Made by a program: the position numbers and the translations under genes | The notes under the pieces: model-generated | The model's input: the letters and a program-made list of their open reading frames with translations, nothing else | The model's database searches: none | What the model was told of the DNA's origin: nothing | DNA from: Aquificaceae bacterium | GTDB taxonomy: Bacteria > Aquificota > Aquificia > Aquificales > Aquificaceae | Length of the DNA stretch: 64,000 nt | Direction of reading: 5' to 3' | NCBI GenBank assembly: GCA_037925075.1 | Contig: JAXSNR010000002.1 | Coordinates: 416,001 to 480,000, forward strand | Part shown: positions 10,255 through 19,687 of the stretch, in pieces | Layout of the letters: each line of letters starts with the position of its first letter | Position numbering within the stretch: the stretch's first letter is position 1

Positions 10255-11160
10255 TTAAACTTTATTTAAAAACTCCTCCACTATCAACCCTTCTTTTAGC
10301 CCCCAGTCGCTTACCCTTATTTTTTTTCTTCCAAAAAGTAGCATGCTCCTGTAGAAGATCGCAAGCCCGGGAATAATCACCTTTGCCCTTTTTGGCTCTA
10401 TGTGTGGAAAGTTGGCAATCCTTTGGCTTTCCTTCATGGAGCTTAGGGTTTCAAGCCAAAACATAAGCCTTTCAAGGGATAGCTCTTTTCCGTGCACATC
10501 CTCGCCCTTGTAGGGGTATATACCGTATTCTATTGCGGCTATAGTGGTTATTGTTCCGCCAAGCCCTATAAGCTCATCGCAAGGCTGGACCACCTGTTTT
10601 ATATGCTCATCAAGGAAGTTTTTCAAGGATTCAAGCTCATAGTCTCTTGGTGGGTCGTGCTGGATAAACTCCTCCGTAAGGCCTACTATGCCAAAGGGAA
10701 GGGATTTTAGGCTTTCTATCTGAAAGCCCCTACCGCATACAAACTCCGTGGAGCCTCCTCCTTGGTCTATGATGCAAAACTTTCCTTTGGGTCTAAGGGA
10801 GTAAGCAACGGAGAGAAAGGCATACCTTCCTTCTTCCTCTGGGGTTATAACCTTTAGCTCAAAGCCCGCAAGTTCCTTTAACCTTTTTAGAAATTCTTCA
10901 GAGTTCTTTGCTCTTCTCAAAGCTTCTGTCCCCACAATCTTTACACTTTCCACGTTAAACCTTTTAGCCTTTTCTAAAAATTCCCTTATGGTGTTTAGGG
11001 TTTCTTCTATCCTGTCCTCTCTTAAAAGCCCTTCCTCCCTAAGCCCAGTTGCCAAGGCGGTTATCCTTCCCTCTTCGTAAAGTATATTCAAGCCTGCATT
11101 AAGCTCCGCTACGCTTAGCCTTACAGAATATGAGCCCACATCTATACTGGCAACCTTCAT
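10255..11160 (-). CDS. ppx: Ppx/GppA phosphatase
   Basis: IDVGSYSVRL, TEALRRA, EEEG, DQGGGSTE and GLKEG. Confidence 0.92.
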   Translation of the reverse strand: MKVASIDVGSYSVRLSVAELNAGLNILYEEGRITALATGLREEGLLREDRIEETLNTIREFLEKAKRFNVESVKIVGTEALRRAKNSEEFLKRLKELAGFELKVITPEEEGRYAFLSVAYSLRPKGKFCIIDQGGGSTEFVCGRGFQIESLKSLPFGIVGLTEEFIQHDPPRDYELESLKNFLDEHIKQVVQPCDELIGLGGTITTIAAIEYGIYPYKGEDVHGKELSLERLMFWLETLSSMKESQRIANFPHIEPKRAKVIIPGLAIFYRSMLLFGRKKIRVSDWGLKEGLIVEEFLNKV

Positions 11161-11189
11161 CTTAGAGGGATATTATAATATTTTAATTG

Positions 11190-11281
<92 letters not shown>

Positions 11282-11282
11282 T

Positions 11283-12536
11283 TTAAGCTTTTCTCACCTT
11301 TAGCAAAAGCCCCCTCACCTCCTCTACTACTACCATGTCTCCCCTCTTTATATCCTCATCGCTTATGGCGTTCCATATCTCACCATGTACAAAAACCTTT
11401 CCCTTACCATTTACAAAGTGGGTAAAAGCTTCTCCCTGCTCACCCACCAACTCCTCAGCACCGAGCATCTTTTTTCTTCTTTGGGCTTTTAGCCCAAGCC
11501 TTCCCGCAAAGAGGAAAAAGGCTACCGTAAGTCCCACCATGGTGGCTATAACGCTAAGAGGTATGTCTCCATAAGGAGAATCTGGGCTTATGAGTATGAA
11601 AGAGCCAAGGGCAAGGGCGACCGCACCCGCAAGGGCAAGCCCACCAAAGGTGGGAGTTATAAGCTCAAGCACCAAAAGGAGTATACCCGCAAGTATAAGC
11701 AAGAGCCCAAGCCAGTTTATGCCAATAACACCAAGCCCATACAGCCCCAAAAGCAAGGATATTACACCCACCGCACCCGGAATAATACTTCCAGGATTGT
11801 AAAGCTCAAAGAAGATACCATAAAAGCCTATAAGGAGAAGCATGTAGGCAACCGTTGGGTTGGTTATCACCCTCAAAAACTCTTCTCTTAGGCTTTTCCC
11901 TATCTCCACCACCTGAACCCCTTCTGTCTTGATCCTTGTTTCCTTCCCATGCTTTTTGACCACTCTGCCATCAAGTTTTTTCAAAAGGTCGGACCTGTCC
12001 CTTGCCATCATGTCTATAACCTTTTCCTTTAGAGCCTCCTCCGGCGTTAAGGATATGGCGTCCTTTACCATCCTCTCTATCACATCTGGGTTTCTGCCCT
12101 TTTCCTTGGCTATGCTTCTGACAAAGGCGAGCATGTCTTGCATAACCTTCTTTTTCATAGCTTCGTCCATCTTTTCACCACCCATTTGCACTGGCGTTGC
12201 AGCTCCTATGTTGGTTCCCGGTGCCATGACCGCAACGTCCGCGGATACGGTTATAATGGCTCCTGCGGAGGCTGCACGACCGCCGGAAGGGTACACATAT
12301 GCCACCACGGGAAGAGATGTCCTTTGAAACTCTTGAATAACCTCCCTCATGGAGCTTTCAAGACCACCGGGAGTGTTAAGCTCAAGGATGAAAAGCGTAC
12401 CACCCTCTCTTTCCGCCTTTTCAAGGCTCCTTTTTATGTAATCCACCATAAGAGGAGTTACCGCATCCTGCCACTGGGAGACAAAGACCTTAGCATAAGA
12501 AAGACTAAGGAAGAGCGTTAAAAGTAGAAGTACCAT
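11283..12536 (-). CDS. nfeD: NfeD-family membrane-bound serine protease
   Basis: LNTPGG, RAASAG, TNIGAATP, TM region and C-terminal OB fold (HGEIWNA). Confidence 0.9.
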   Translation of the reverse strand: MVLLLLTLFLSLSYAKVFVSQWQDAVTPLMVDYIKRSLEKAEREGGTLFILELNTPGGLESSMREVIQEFQRTSLPVVAYVYPSGGRAASAGAIITVSADVAVMAPGTNIGAATPVQMGGEKMDEAMKKKVMQDMLAFVRSIAKEKGRNPDVIERMVKDAISLTPEEALKEKVIDMMARDRSDLLKKLDGRVVKKHGKETRIKTEGVQVVEIGKSLREEFLRVITNPTVAYMLLLIGFYGIFFELYNPGSIIPGAVGVISLLLGLYGLGVIGINWLGLLLILAGILLLVLELITPTFGGLALAGAVALALGSFILISPDSPYGDIPLSVIATMVGLTVAFFLFAGRLGLKAQRRKKMLGAEELVGEQGEAFTHFVNGKGKVFVHGEIWNAISDEDIKRGDMVVVEEVRGLLLKVRKA

Positions 12537-12551
12537 AAGAAAATCTTAAGG

Positions 12552-13172
12552 CTATTTCATCCTTCCCGCAAGCTCTTTAAGAACCTCCTCTACACCTATT
12601 CCTCTTATGGTGAGCATAAGCACAAGGTGGTAAAACATGTCTGAAGCTTCCGCCTTTATCTCATCGGGCACACCCCTTTTTAGGGCTATAAGGGTTTCTA
12701 TGGCTTCTTCGCCAAACTTTTGGAGCACTCTGTCCTCCCCCTGTTTGTAAAGCTCTACCGTGTAAGAGCCCTCCGGAAGCTCTTGTAGTCTTTTTTGCAC
12801 TATCTCCTGAAGCCGTTGTAAGGCTTCAAAGGGAAGCACCCTTTTAACCTTCTCTCCTTCAATATTTCTGAAAAAGCAGTTTCTCTCCCCCGTGTGGCAA
12901 GCTGTGTTTTTTTCTTGCTCCACAAGGTATAGCACCGCATCCTCGTCGCAATCTACACGGACTTCAACAACCCTTTGAAGCTCTCCCGAGGTCTCCCCCT
13001 TTTTCCATATGCTTTTTCTTGACCTTGAATAGTAGTGGGCATAGCCTGTCTCTAAGGTCTTTTTTATAGCTTCTTCGTTTGCCCAAGCAAACATCCTTAT
13101 CTCACCAGTCCTGTAGTCCTGAGCTATAACCGGCAAAAGCCCCTCTTCGTTAAACCTTAGCTTTAGCACCAT
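12552..13172 (-). CDS. hisIE: phosphoribosyl-AMP cyclohydrolase / phosphoribosyl-ATP pyrophosphatase
   Basis: WKKGETSG, DCDxD, ACHTGxxxCF and KFGEEAIE. Confidence 0.95.
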   Translation of the reverse strand: MVLKLRFNEEGLLPVIAQDYRTGEIRMFAWANEEAIKKTLETGYAHYYSRSRKSIWKKGETSGELQRVVEVRVDCDEDAVLYLVEQEKNTACHTGERNCFFRNIEGEKVKRVLPFEALQRLQEIVQKRLQELPEGSYTVELYKQGEDRVLQKFGEEAIETLIALKRGVPDEIKAEASDMFYHLVLMLTIRGIGVEEVLKELAGRMK

Positions 13173-13176
13173 TAAG

Positions 13177-13776
13177 TTAAATTATAAGGCTTACCCTCAA
13201 ATCTCCGTATGGTCTTTCCTGCTCTATGTCCACAAGCCCATCCTGATATAAAACCATAAGAGCCATGAGGTAAGGCACAAGGCTCTTCCCAAGAATAAGT
13301 TCGTAAAAGGAAAAAACTACCCCTTCCTCTTTCAGCAAGCCTCTAAGCTCTTCAAGGGCATCCTCAAACTTGGATATATGCAAAGGGAAACGTCTTTCCC
13401 TTGTCCTTTCTCTGGTTACCTTAATCGTTGGCCTTTTTATGACCCTTTTTACCCTCTCTATCCTCTGGCTTATTTCTTCTTGCACATGCTCCTCTTGACC
13501 TTCAAACTGCTCAATTATTTCCTCAAGGGTTAGCCTTTTTCTTTCTCTTTTTTGCTTTGGTTCCGGGAATAGCACCTCCGCCTGCTTTTTTAACAAAAAG
13601 GACGCTGCAAGCACCGCCCTTGCCGGCACCCTTAGGTCCAAAAGCTCATGCCTTCTTATCTCCTCCATGTAAGCCTTTGCAAGGGCAGATATATCCACAT
13701 CCCAAGGGTCAAGCTTTCCTTCTTCTACCAGCCTATAAGCAAGGGCAAAGGGGTGGTCCTCTTCAAACCTCCACAT
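13177..13776 (-). CDS. scpA: segregation/condensation protein A (kleisin)
   Basis: [10 protein letters not shown] and C-terminal EQERPYGDL. Confidence 0.85.
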   Translation of the reverse strand: MWRFEEDHPFALAYRLVEEGKLDPWDVDISALAKAYMEEIRRHELLDLRVPARAVLAASFLLKKQAEVLFPEPKQKRERKRLTLEEIIEQFEGQEEHVQEEISQRIERVKRVIKRPTIKVTRERTRERRFPLHISKFEDALEELRGLLKEEGVVFSFYELILGKSLVPYLMALMVLYQDGLVDIEQERPYGDLRVSLII

Positions 13777-14596
13777 GTCTTCTCCAGTAGGTGGTAAGTT
13801 TTATAAGCTGATGCAAGGTATCCTTTAGGTCCTTTCTGTGGACTACCATATCCACCATGCCCTTTTGTATGAGAAACTCAGAGGTTTGAAAGCCCTCTGG
13901 TAGTTGCTGTTTTATTGTCTGTTCTATGACCCTTGGTCCCGCAAAGCCTATAAGAGCCTTAGGCTCTGCGATGATTATGTCTCCCAAAAAGGCAAAGCTT
14001 GCGGACACTCCACCGGTGGTAGGGTTTGTAAGCACGGTGATGTAAGGAATGCCCTTTTCCTTTAGGTAGCCCACACCTATGGAGGTCTTTGCCATCTGCA
14101 TCAGAGAGAGAATTCCTTCCTGCATACGAGCACCGCCCGAGGTTATCACCGCAATGAGAGGCACTTCCTTTTCACCGGCACGCTTGCATGCCCTGTAGAA
14201 CTTCTCCCCCACCACAGAGCCCATACTACCACCTATAAAGCCAAAGTCCATAACCGCAAGCACCACCCTTTCGTCCTTGAGAAACCCTTCCGCCACTAAC
14301 AGAGCTTCAGAAAGACCCGTTTGTTCCTGAGCTTGCTTTAGACGGTCCTTGTAGCTTTTTGTATCCTTGAAGTTAAGGGGGTCCGTAGGTCTTATGTTTT
14401 CAAAAAGAAGCTCGTAGTTTTCAAGAAGATGTTCAAGCCTTTCCTTTGCTGGCATGTTAAAGTGGTGCTGACACTTGGGACATACATTCAGATTTGCCCT
14501 CAGCTCAGGAATGTACAGGATAGACTTGCAGTTTTCACACTTAGTCCAAAGGACTTCCTTTTCTTCCTTTTTCCTAAACCTATCAAAAAAGCCCAT
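13763..14596 (-). CDS. accD: acetyl-CoA carboxylase carboxyltransferase beta subunit
   Basis: WTKC zinc ribbon, GGSMGSVVGE, SGGARMQE and FAGPRVIEQT. Confidence 0.96.
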   Translation of the reverse strand: MGFFDRFRKKEEKEVLWTKCENCKSILYIPELRANLNVCPKCQHHFNMPAKERLEHLLENYELLFENIRPTDPLNFKDTKSYKDRLKQAQEQTGLSEALLVAEGFLKDERVVLAVMDFGFIGGSMGSVVGEKFYRACKRAGEKEVPLIAVITSGGARMQEGILSLMQMAKTSIGVGYLKEKGIPYITVLTNPTTGGVSASFAFLGDIIIAEPKALIGFAGPRVIEQTIKQQLPEGFQTSEFLIQKGMVDMVVHRKDLKDTLHQLIKLTTYWRRHVEV

Positions 14597-14675
14597 GCTA
14601 TAAGATTATACGAATGCCCTCAAGGTTTGTGCCTGATTTCTAAGTGGCAAGAACCCAAAACTTTACCACCAAAAT

Positions 14676-15226
14676 TCAACAGACCTCCAAATAGCCAAAG
14701 CCTTGACCCGTCCTCAACCCAAGCCCATACTGATAGACAAACTCTAATATTTGGGGATTGTCTGTGATTATACTAAACCTTCCAAGAAAAGCCCTTATGT
14801 AGCCTCCGTAGTGCCTTATAAGTTCTTCCTTGAAGTGTTTAAATACGGGGGAAAAGACTTTTATTTTTGGCTCATAGCCTTTTATAGCCTTAAAACGCCT
14901 TTGTATGTTTTCAAGAAGAACTTCTTTAAAGTCTTCTTCTATGGGAATGGCATATATTAGCTTGGGATTGTCCTCATAAAAACCAGGCCTCTCAACCACC
15001 ACAGGAGAAAGGGTTTTAAAGGTACCCTTTGACCAATCCTTTTCCTCTTCTAAAATTATTTCCTTTATAATAAATTCCGCATCGCCTATTTTATGGACCT
15101 GACCTTTTAGACCAATAAGCCCGTTGTATAGCCTTACTCCGTACACTGGATCTCCCGTAGAAATGCGTAGGTTTAAGAACTTTACACCTTTAATAGTTTC
15201 CTCTTTAAAGACTACATGCTTTCCTT
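14676..15226 (-). pseudogene. cas6: 5'-truncated Cas6 endoribonuclease (second cas6, different subfamily)
   Basis: C-terminal G-loop GLGLRTGQGFG and TLSPVVV; the frame stays open upstream (GKHVVFKEE...ISTGDP) until a CRISPR repeat, about 183 codons, with no start upstream of GTG 15146. Confidence 0.8.
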
Positions 15227-15255
15227 GTTGCTAATCTACCGTGTGGAGTTGAAAG
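15227..15255 (+). CRISPR. solitary CRISPR repeat of a second family
   Basis: GTTGCTAATCTACCGTGTGGAGTTGAAAG, 29 nt with a GTTGAAAG 3' handle; resembles the Aquificae GTTCCTAATGTACCGTGTGGAGTTGAAAG-type repeat as I recall it; abuts the cas6 remnant. Confidence 0.75.
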
Positions 15256-15324
15256 CAAATTGCATACATGATTTTCTGACTGCCATCATTGAAGAACTGG
15301 CAAGCTCAAGTTTAATATTCAAAC

Positions 15325-16224
15325 ATGCGTTGGATAAGGCTAAAAAGAAGCAAAATAAAAGTCTATGGTAAACAAGGGAAACTGCTTTCAAAGGGCATGG
15401 CGGAAGAACACACCGCCTTTTTGCACAATCTCCTTAGCAACGATATAAAGGGAATGAAAGAAAACACCTTTACCTACAACCTTTGGCTGAGACAGAACGG
15501 TTTTCCCTTGGGTGAGTTTTATGTCTATAAGATAGGAGACCAATATCTACTTGATACTTCTTTGGAAGCTAACTATGTTATTGAGGAGTTTAACCGCCTT
15601 AAGCTTTCTATGAGGGTGTACTTTGAAGCCCTTGATATGGAGCATGTTTTTCTGTTTGGAGAGGGTGTGGGGGAGTTTATCAAAAGCCGTTTTGGTGTGG
15701 AGCTTAAGGACTTTGAAGTAAGACAATTGGATGGTGTTTTTCTTGCTTGCAATTCCCTTAGGCTGAGGGAAGAGGGGTATGAAATCATGGGCAAAGCCCT
15801 TGAAATTTCTTTGGAGGACAAAGCCATGCTATCCGAAGATGAGTATGAACATATACGCATACAAAAGCTTATTCCCAAGCTTGGAAAGGAGCTAAAGGAG
15901 GGCTTTTCTCCTTTGGAAGCCTGTCTTTTAAAGGACGCTATCAGTCTTACAAAGGGCTGTTATGTGGGGCAGGAAGCCATAGCAAGGGTTTATTACAGAG
16001 GGAGGCTTCCAAGAACTCTGGCACTTTTTGGGGGAGAGGGTCTATCTGAGGGTGAAAAGATAAGGCTTGAGGGCAAGGATATAGGGGTTATAACCTCTGT
16101 AAGCCCTATAAAGCCTATTGCTTTGGGTTATGTCTTGAGGGCAAAGGTGGAAAGTCAAAGGGTCTTTGAAACGGACAGGGGAAACAGGGTAGAATTTTTA
16201 AAGTCCTGTGATGAGGCTCTCTGA
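15325..16224 (+). CDS. ygfZ: YgfZ/GcvT-like folate-binding Fe-S repair protein
   Basis: KGCYVGQE signature. Confidence 0.88.
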   Translation: MRWIRLKRSKIKVYGKQGKLLSKGMAEEHTAFLHNLLSNDIKGMKENTFTYNLWLRQNGFPLGEFYVYKIGDQYLLDTSLEANYVIEEFNRLKLSMRVYFEALDMEHVFLFGEGVGEFIKSRFGVELKDFEVRQLDGVFLACNSLRLREEGYEIMGKALEISLEDKAMLSEDEYEHIRIQKLIPKLGKELKEGFSPLEACLLKDAISLTKGCYVGQEAIARVYYRGRLPRTLALFGGEGLSEGEKIRLEGKDIGVITSVSPIKPIALGYVLRAKVESQRVFETDRGNRVEFLKSCDEAL

Positions 16225-16497
16225 AGAGGAAAAGAGGTGCCTGAAAAGGGCTCTTGAGGGCTTTGAGGGTGAAGTGTACCTTTTTGGGTCAAGGCTTAGG
16301 GATGACCTAAAGGGGGTGATATTGACCTTTTGCTGGTGCCATCAAAGCCAGAAAACTCCATGGAGCTTGCCCTCAGGATTCAAACAAGGTTTTTCATGGA
16401 ATGCGAGCAAGACGTAGATGTGCTTGTCTACAGGGATACGGACTTTTTTAGGGAGATCCTCAAACATGCAAAAAGAATCTATCCTGAGGAGCTTTGA
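16208..16497 (+). pseudogene. MNT (minimal nucleotidyltransferase) antitoxin, frameshifted
   Basis: YLFGSR...KG then a shift in the GGGGG run at ~16312-16316 to GDIDLLL...DVDVLV; adding one G restores GS..DxD. Confidence 0.8.
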
Positions 16498-16899
16498 AGA
16501 CCTTCTCAAAAGCAAAAGGCTGTTGGACGCTTCTATAAAAGGCTACACACCTTATGAACCATACAAAAGCTATGAACCAGAAGAGCTTGAAAAGTACGAT
16601 GCCCTTAGCTTTAGGTTTGAAAAGTTTGTGGAAACCGCACTGAGCTTTTTTGTATCCCTTGAGCTGTATCTCTTTGGTGAAAAATCCGACACCTTAAGAG
16701 GTAGGCTTCTGAGACTACAGAGGGCTGGGTATGTGCAAGATGTGGAGCTTTGGCCTTCCGCAAGGTTTTGAGAAACAAAATAGCCCATGCTTACCTTCCG
16801 GAAGAGTTGGTTGAGATTTTTGAAAGCCTTATGGCTATTTCAAAAAGGCTTTTTGAAGAAGTAGAAAGCCTAAGCCATAAGCTCAAAGCTCTTCTATAG
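16466..16899 (+). pseudogene. HEPN toxin / nucleotidyltransferase substrate-binding protein, frameshifted
   Basis: RFEKFVE...; a frameshift near 16765 separates the Rx4H motif RNKIAHAY, whose frame runs to TAG 16899. Confidence 0.78.
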
Positions 16900-18223
16900 C
16901 CCACTTTAGGGTGTTTAGCACATGGTCCATATCTTCCAAACTTATCACCAAGGGCATCATCAAAACCATCACATCCCCTAAAGGTCTTAAAAACACGCCC
17001 CTTTCCCTGCACTTGTAAGCGACCTTAAAGCCAGTTCTTTCTCCGTAGGGAAACCTTTCGTCGGTTTTTTTGTCCTTTACAAGCTCTATGCCCGCCATAA
17101 AGCCAAGCTGACGCACATCTCCTACGTGCTCAAGCTCCCAAAACTCCTCAAGCCTTTTGGAAAGGTGTTCTATCTTTGGCTGAAGCTTTTGAAGTGTTTT
17201 CTCTTCTTCAAAGACCTCAAGGTTAGCCAAGGCGACCGCACAGGCAAGGTTGTTGCCCGTGTAGGTGTGTCCGTGATAAAAATGCCTTAGCTCTCCAAAC
17301 TCTCCAAGAAAGGCGTTAAAGACCTCTTCCGTGGTAAGGGTTACCGCCAAAGGTAGGTATCCTCCCGTTATGCCCTTACCAAGACACATAAAGTCAGGGC
17401 TTACATTCTCTTGCTCGCAGTAAAACATGGTCCCAGTCCTTCCAAAGCCTGTAGCCACCTCATCCACTATCATAAGCACCTTGTATTTCTCTGTTAGCTC
17501 CCTTACTCCCTTTAAAAAGCCCTTTGGAAAGGGTAGCATGCCCGCCGCACCTTGAATGCCCGCCTCAAGGCTTACAGCTACCACATCATCCCTACTTTTC
17601 AAAATCTCTTCTAACATATTCAAAAGCTCATCCCTACACTCATCACATAGCCTTCCGTACCTTTCCTTACAGAAAAGATAAGGAGAGGGTAGTTTTATGC
17701 TTTCAAAGAGTAGGTCCTTGTATGTGCCATGAAAGAGGTCTATACCGCCCAGACTGACCGCACCGAGGGTATCCCCATGGTATGCCTCCGCCAGTGTTAT
17801 AAAGGCTTTTCTATTTTCCCCCTTGTTTTTCCAGTACTGGTATGCCAGTTTTATGGCTATTTCTACCGCCTCCGCGCCGTCCTCCGAGTAGAAGACCTTT
17901 GTAAGACCTTTGGGAGCTATTTCCACTAATCTTTTTGCCAAAAGTATGGCTGGCACGTTGGAGCTTCCAAGGGTTGTGGTGTGTGCCACCTTTTGGAGCT
18001 GGTCTATGAGAGCCTTGTTTAGCTTTGGGTGGTTGTGTCCGTGCACATTGCACCAAAGGGAAGATATGGCGTCTATAAACTTCCTGCCCTTTATATCGTA
18101 GAGATATACACCTTCTCCCCTTTCAAAGATTAGATTTTCTTCTTCTCGGTAGACCTTCATCTGGGTAAAGGGATGCCAAAAGTACTCCTTGTCCCACCTG
18201 TCCAAAAGCTCGTATTCCATCAT
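16883..18223 (-). CDS. bioA: adenosylmethionine-8-amino-7-oxononanoate transaminase
   Basis: WHPFTQM, SSLWCNVHGH, DEVATGFGRTG and HGHTYTGN. Confidence 0.95.
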   Translation of the reverse strand: MMEYELLDRWDKEYFWHPFTQMKVYREEENLIFERGEGVYLYDIKGRKFIDAISSLWCNVHGHNHPKLNKALIDQLQKVAHTTTLGSSNVPAILLAKRLVEIAPKGLTKVFYSEDGAEAVEIAIKLAYQYWKNKGENRKAFITLAEAYHGDTLGAVSLGGIDLFHGTYKDLLFESIKLPSPYLFCKERYGRLCDECRDELLNMLEEILKSRDDVVAVSLEAGIQGAAGMLPFPKGFLKGVRELTEKYKVLMIVDEVATGFGRTGTMFYCEQENVSPDFMCLGKGITGGYLPLAVTLTTEEVFNAFLGEFGELRHFYHGHTYTGNNLACAVALANLEVFEEEKTLQKLQPKIEHLSKRLEEFWELEHVGDVRQLGFMAGIELVKDKKTDERFPYGERTGFKVAYKCRERGVFLRPLGDVMVLMMPLVISLEDMDHVLNTLKWAIEEL

Positions 18224-18891
18224 GGCAGTCTCCACACCAGCACCACCTCTCCCTTTACCTCTCCTCTACCTTCTAACTCCCTTATAACCTCCGAAAGCTT
18301 ACCCCTTAAATACTCCTCATGAACCTTTGTGAGCTCCCGAGCGACGCATACGGGCAACTCCGAGCCATAAACCTTTTCCATGGCTTGCAGGCTTTTTAAA
18401 AGTCTGTTGGGAGATTCAAAGGCTATAAGGGTTGTATCCGCGTAAGCCCTTAGCTCCTCAAAGAACTTTTCAAGCCCCTTTCTTGGAAGAAAGCCCAGAA
18501 AGGTAAACCTATCTGTGGGAAGTCCGGAGCCTACCAGGGCGGTTAGCACCGCACTGGGTCCCGGGATTACCTCCACAGGAATGCCCTTTTCTACGCAAGC
18601 CCTTATTAGCCTGTAGCCCGGGTCTGATATGGAGGGCATGCCCGAGTCTGTAACAAGAGCCACATCTTCTTTCTCCAAAAGCTTTAGTACCTTTGGCACT
18701 TGCACACTTTCCTTTGGCTCGTAATAAGATATGAGTTTTTTATCCTTTATGTGGTAGTGGTTGAGAAGTATAAGGGTTCTGCGGGTATCTTCACAGGCTA
18801 TGAAGTTAACATTTTGGAGCACCTCAAGGGCTCTAAAGGTTATATCTTTTAGGTTTCCTATGGGTGTGGCTACCACGTAAAGCTTTCCCAT
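18220..18891 (-). CDS. rsmI: 16S rRNA C1402 2'-O-methyltransferase
   Basis: LYVVATPIGNL, CEDTR, ISDPG and ARELTKVHEE. Confidence 0.95.
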   Translation of the reverse strand: MGKLYVVATPIGNLKDITFRALEVLQNVNFIACEDTRRTLILLNHYHIKDKKLISYYEPKESVQVPKVLKLLEKEDVALVTDSGMPSISDPGYRLIRACVEKGIPVEVIPGPSAVLTALVGSGLPTDRFTFLGFLPRKGLEKFFEELRAYADTTLIAFESPNRLLKSLQAMEKVYGSELPVCVARELTKVHEEYLRGKLSEVIRELEGRGEVKGEVVLVWRLP

Positions 18892-18892
18892 A

Positions 18893-19687
18893 TCACTTCA
18901 CCAAAAGGAGGGGTATGTTTATGTGGTGTATCACAAAACTGGTCACACTTCCAAGGAACAGCTCCCTTATCCTTCCCTTTGAGTAGGCTCCCATAAGTAG
19001 GAGGTCCACCTGTGCCTTTTGGCAATGGCTTACTATCTTCTCTTCTGGCAATCCATGTAGGACCTCAAGCTTAACCTCTTCAGGCTTTTCTGGTGGCTCT
19101 TCTCCCACATAGAGGGCGTAAAAGTTGGCTTCGTAGACCTCGGCGAGCTCCCTTGCAAGTTCAAGGGCTTTTTTTGATACCTCTCCTCCGTCGTAAGCAA
19201 CGCACAGGTTTTTTATATGCCTTTTTTCTTCAGGCACCAGCATAACTGGAGCCCTACTTCTTCTTGAGACCACCTCCGCGGTGGAGCTTAGAAAGAAGCC
19301 CTTTATGGGTCTTTTTCCGCTCCTTCCCATGATAAGCAGGTCCTCTGGGTCCGCTTGATTTACAAGCTCTTCGTAGGGTATGCCTACCGTCTGAAAGGAG
19401 GAGACCCTTATGCCCCTTTGCCTGCCTTCTGTGAGAAACTCCTCTATGAGGGCGTTTGCCTGCTCTTCAAGGAAGCTTCTAACCTTTTGAGAGATGCCCA
19501 AATAGTAGGTAAAGCCAAGCACACCCGCCAAGTCTTCCAAAAAGCTTTCCTCAAGAAGCCTACTGTCTATTATATGGATACCTACCACCGGTACAGAAAG
19601 CTTTTCTCCAAGCTCAAAGGCGTAGTCCTTGGCAGTCCAGCCAGCTTTTGAACCGTCAATACCCACCAAAAGCCTTTTAAACGTCAA
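18893..19687 (-). CDS. universal stress protein (tandem USP)
   Basis: VGIDGS, VAYDG and MGAY...LGSVT. Confidence 0.9.
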   Translation of the reverse strand: MTFKRLLVGIDGSKAGWTAKDYAFELGEKLSVPVVGIHIIDSRLLEESFLEDLAGVLGFTYYLGISQKVRSFLEEQANALIEEFLTEGRQRGIRVSSFQTVGIPYEELVNQADPEDLLIMGRSGKRPIKGFFLSSTAEVVSRRSRAPVMLVPEEKRHIKNLCVAYDGGEVSKKALELARELAEVYEANFYALYVGEEPPEKPEEVKLEVLHGLPEEKIVSHCQKAQVDLLLMGAYSKGRIRELFLGSVTSFVIHHINIPLLLVK

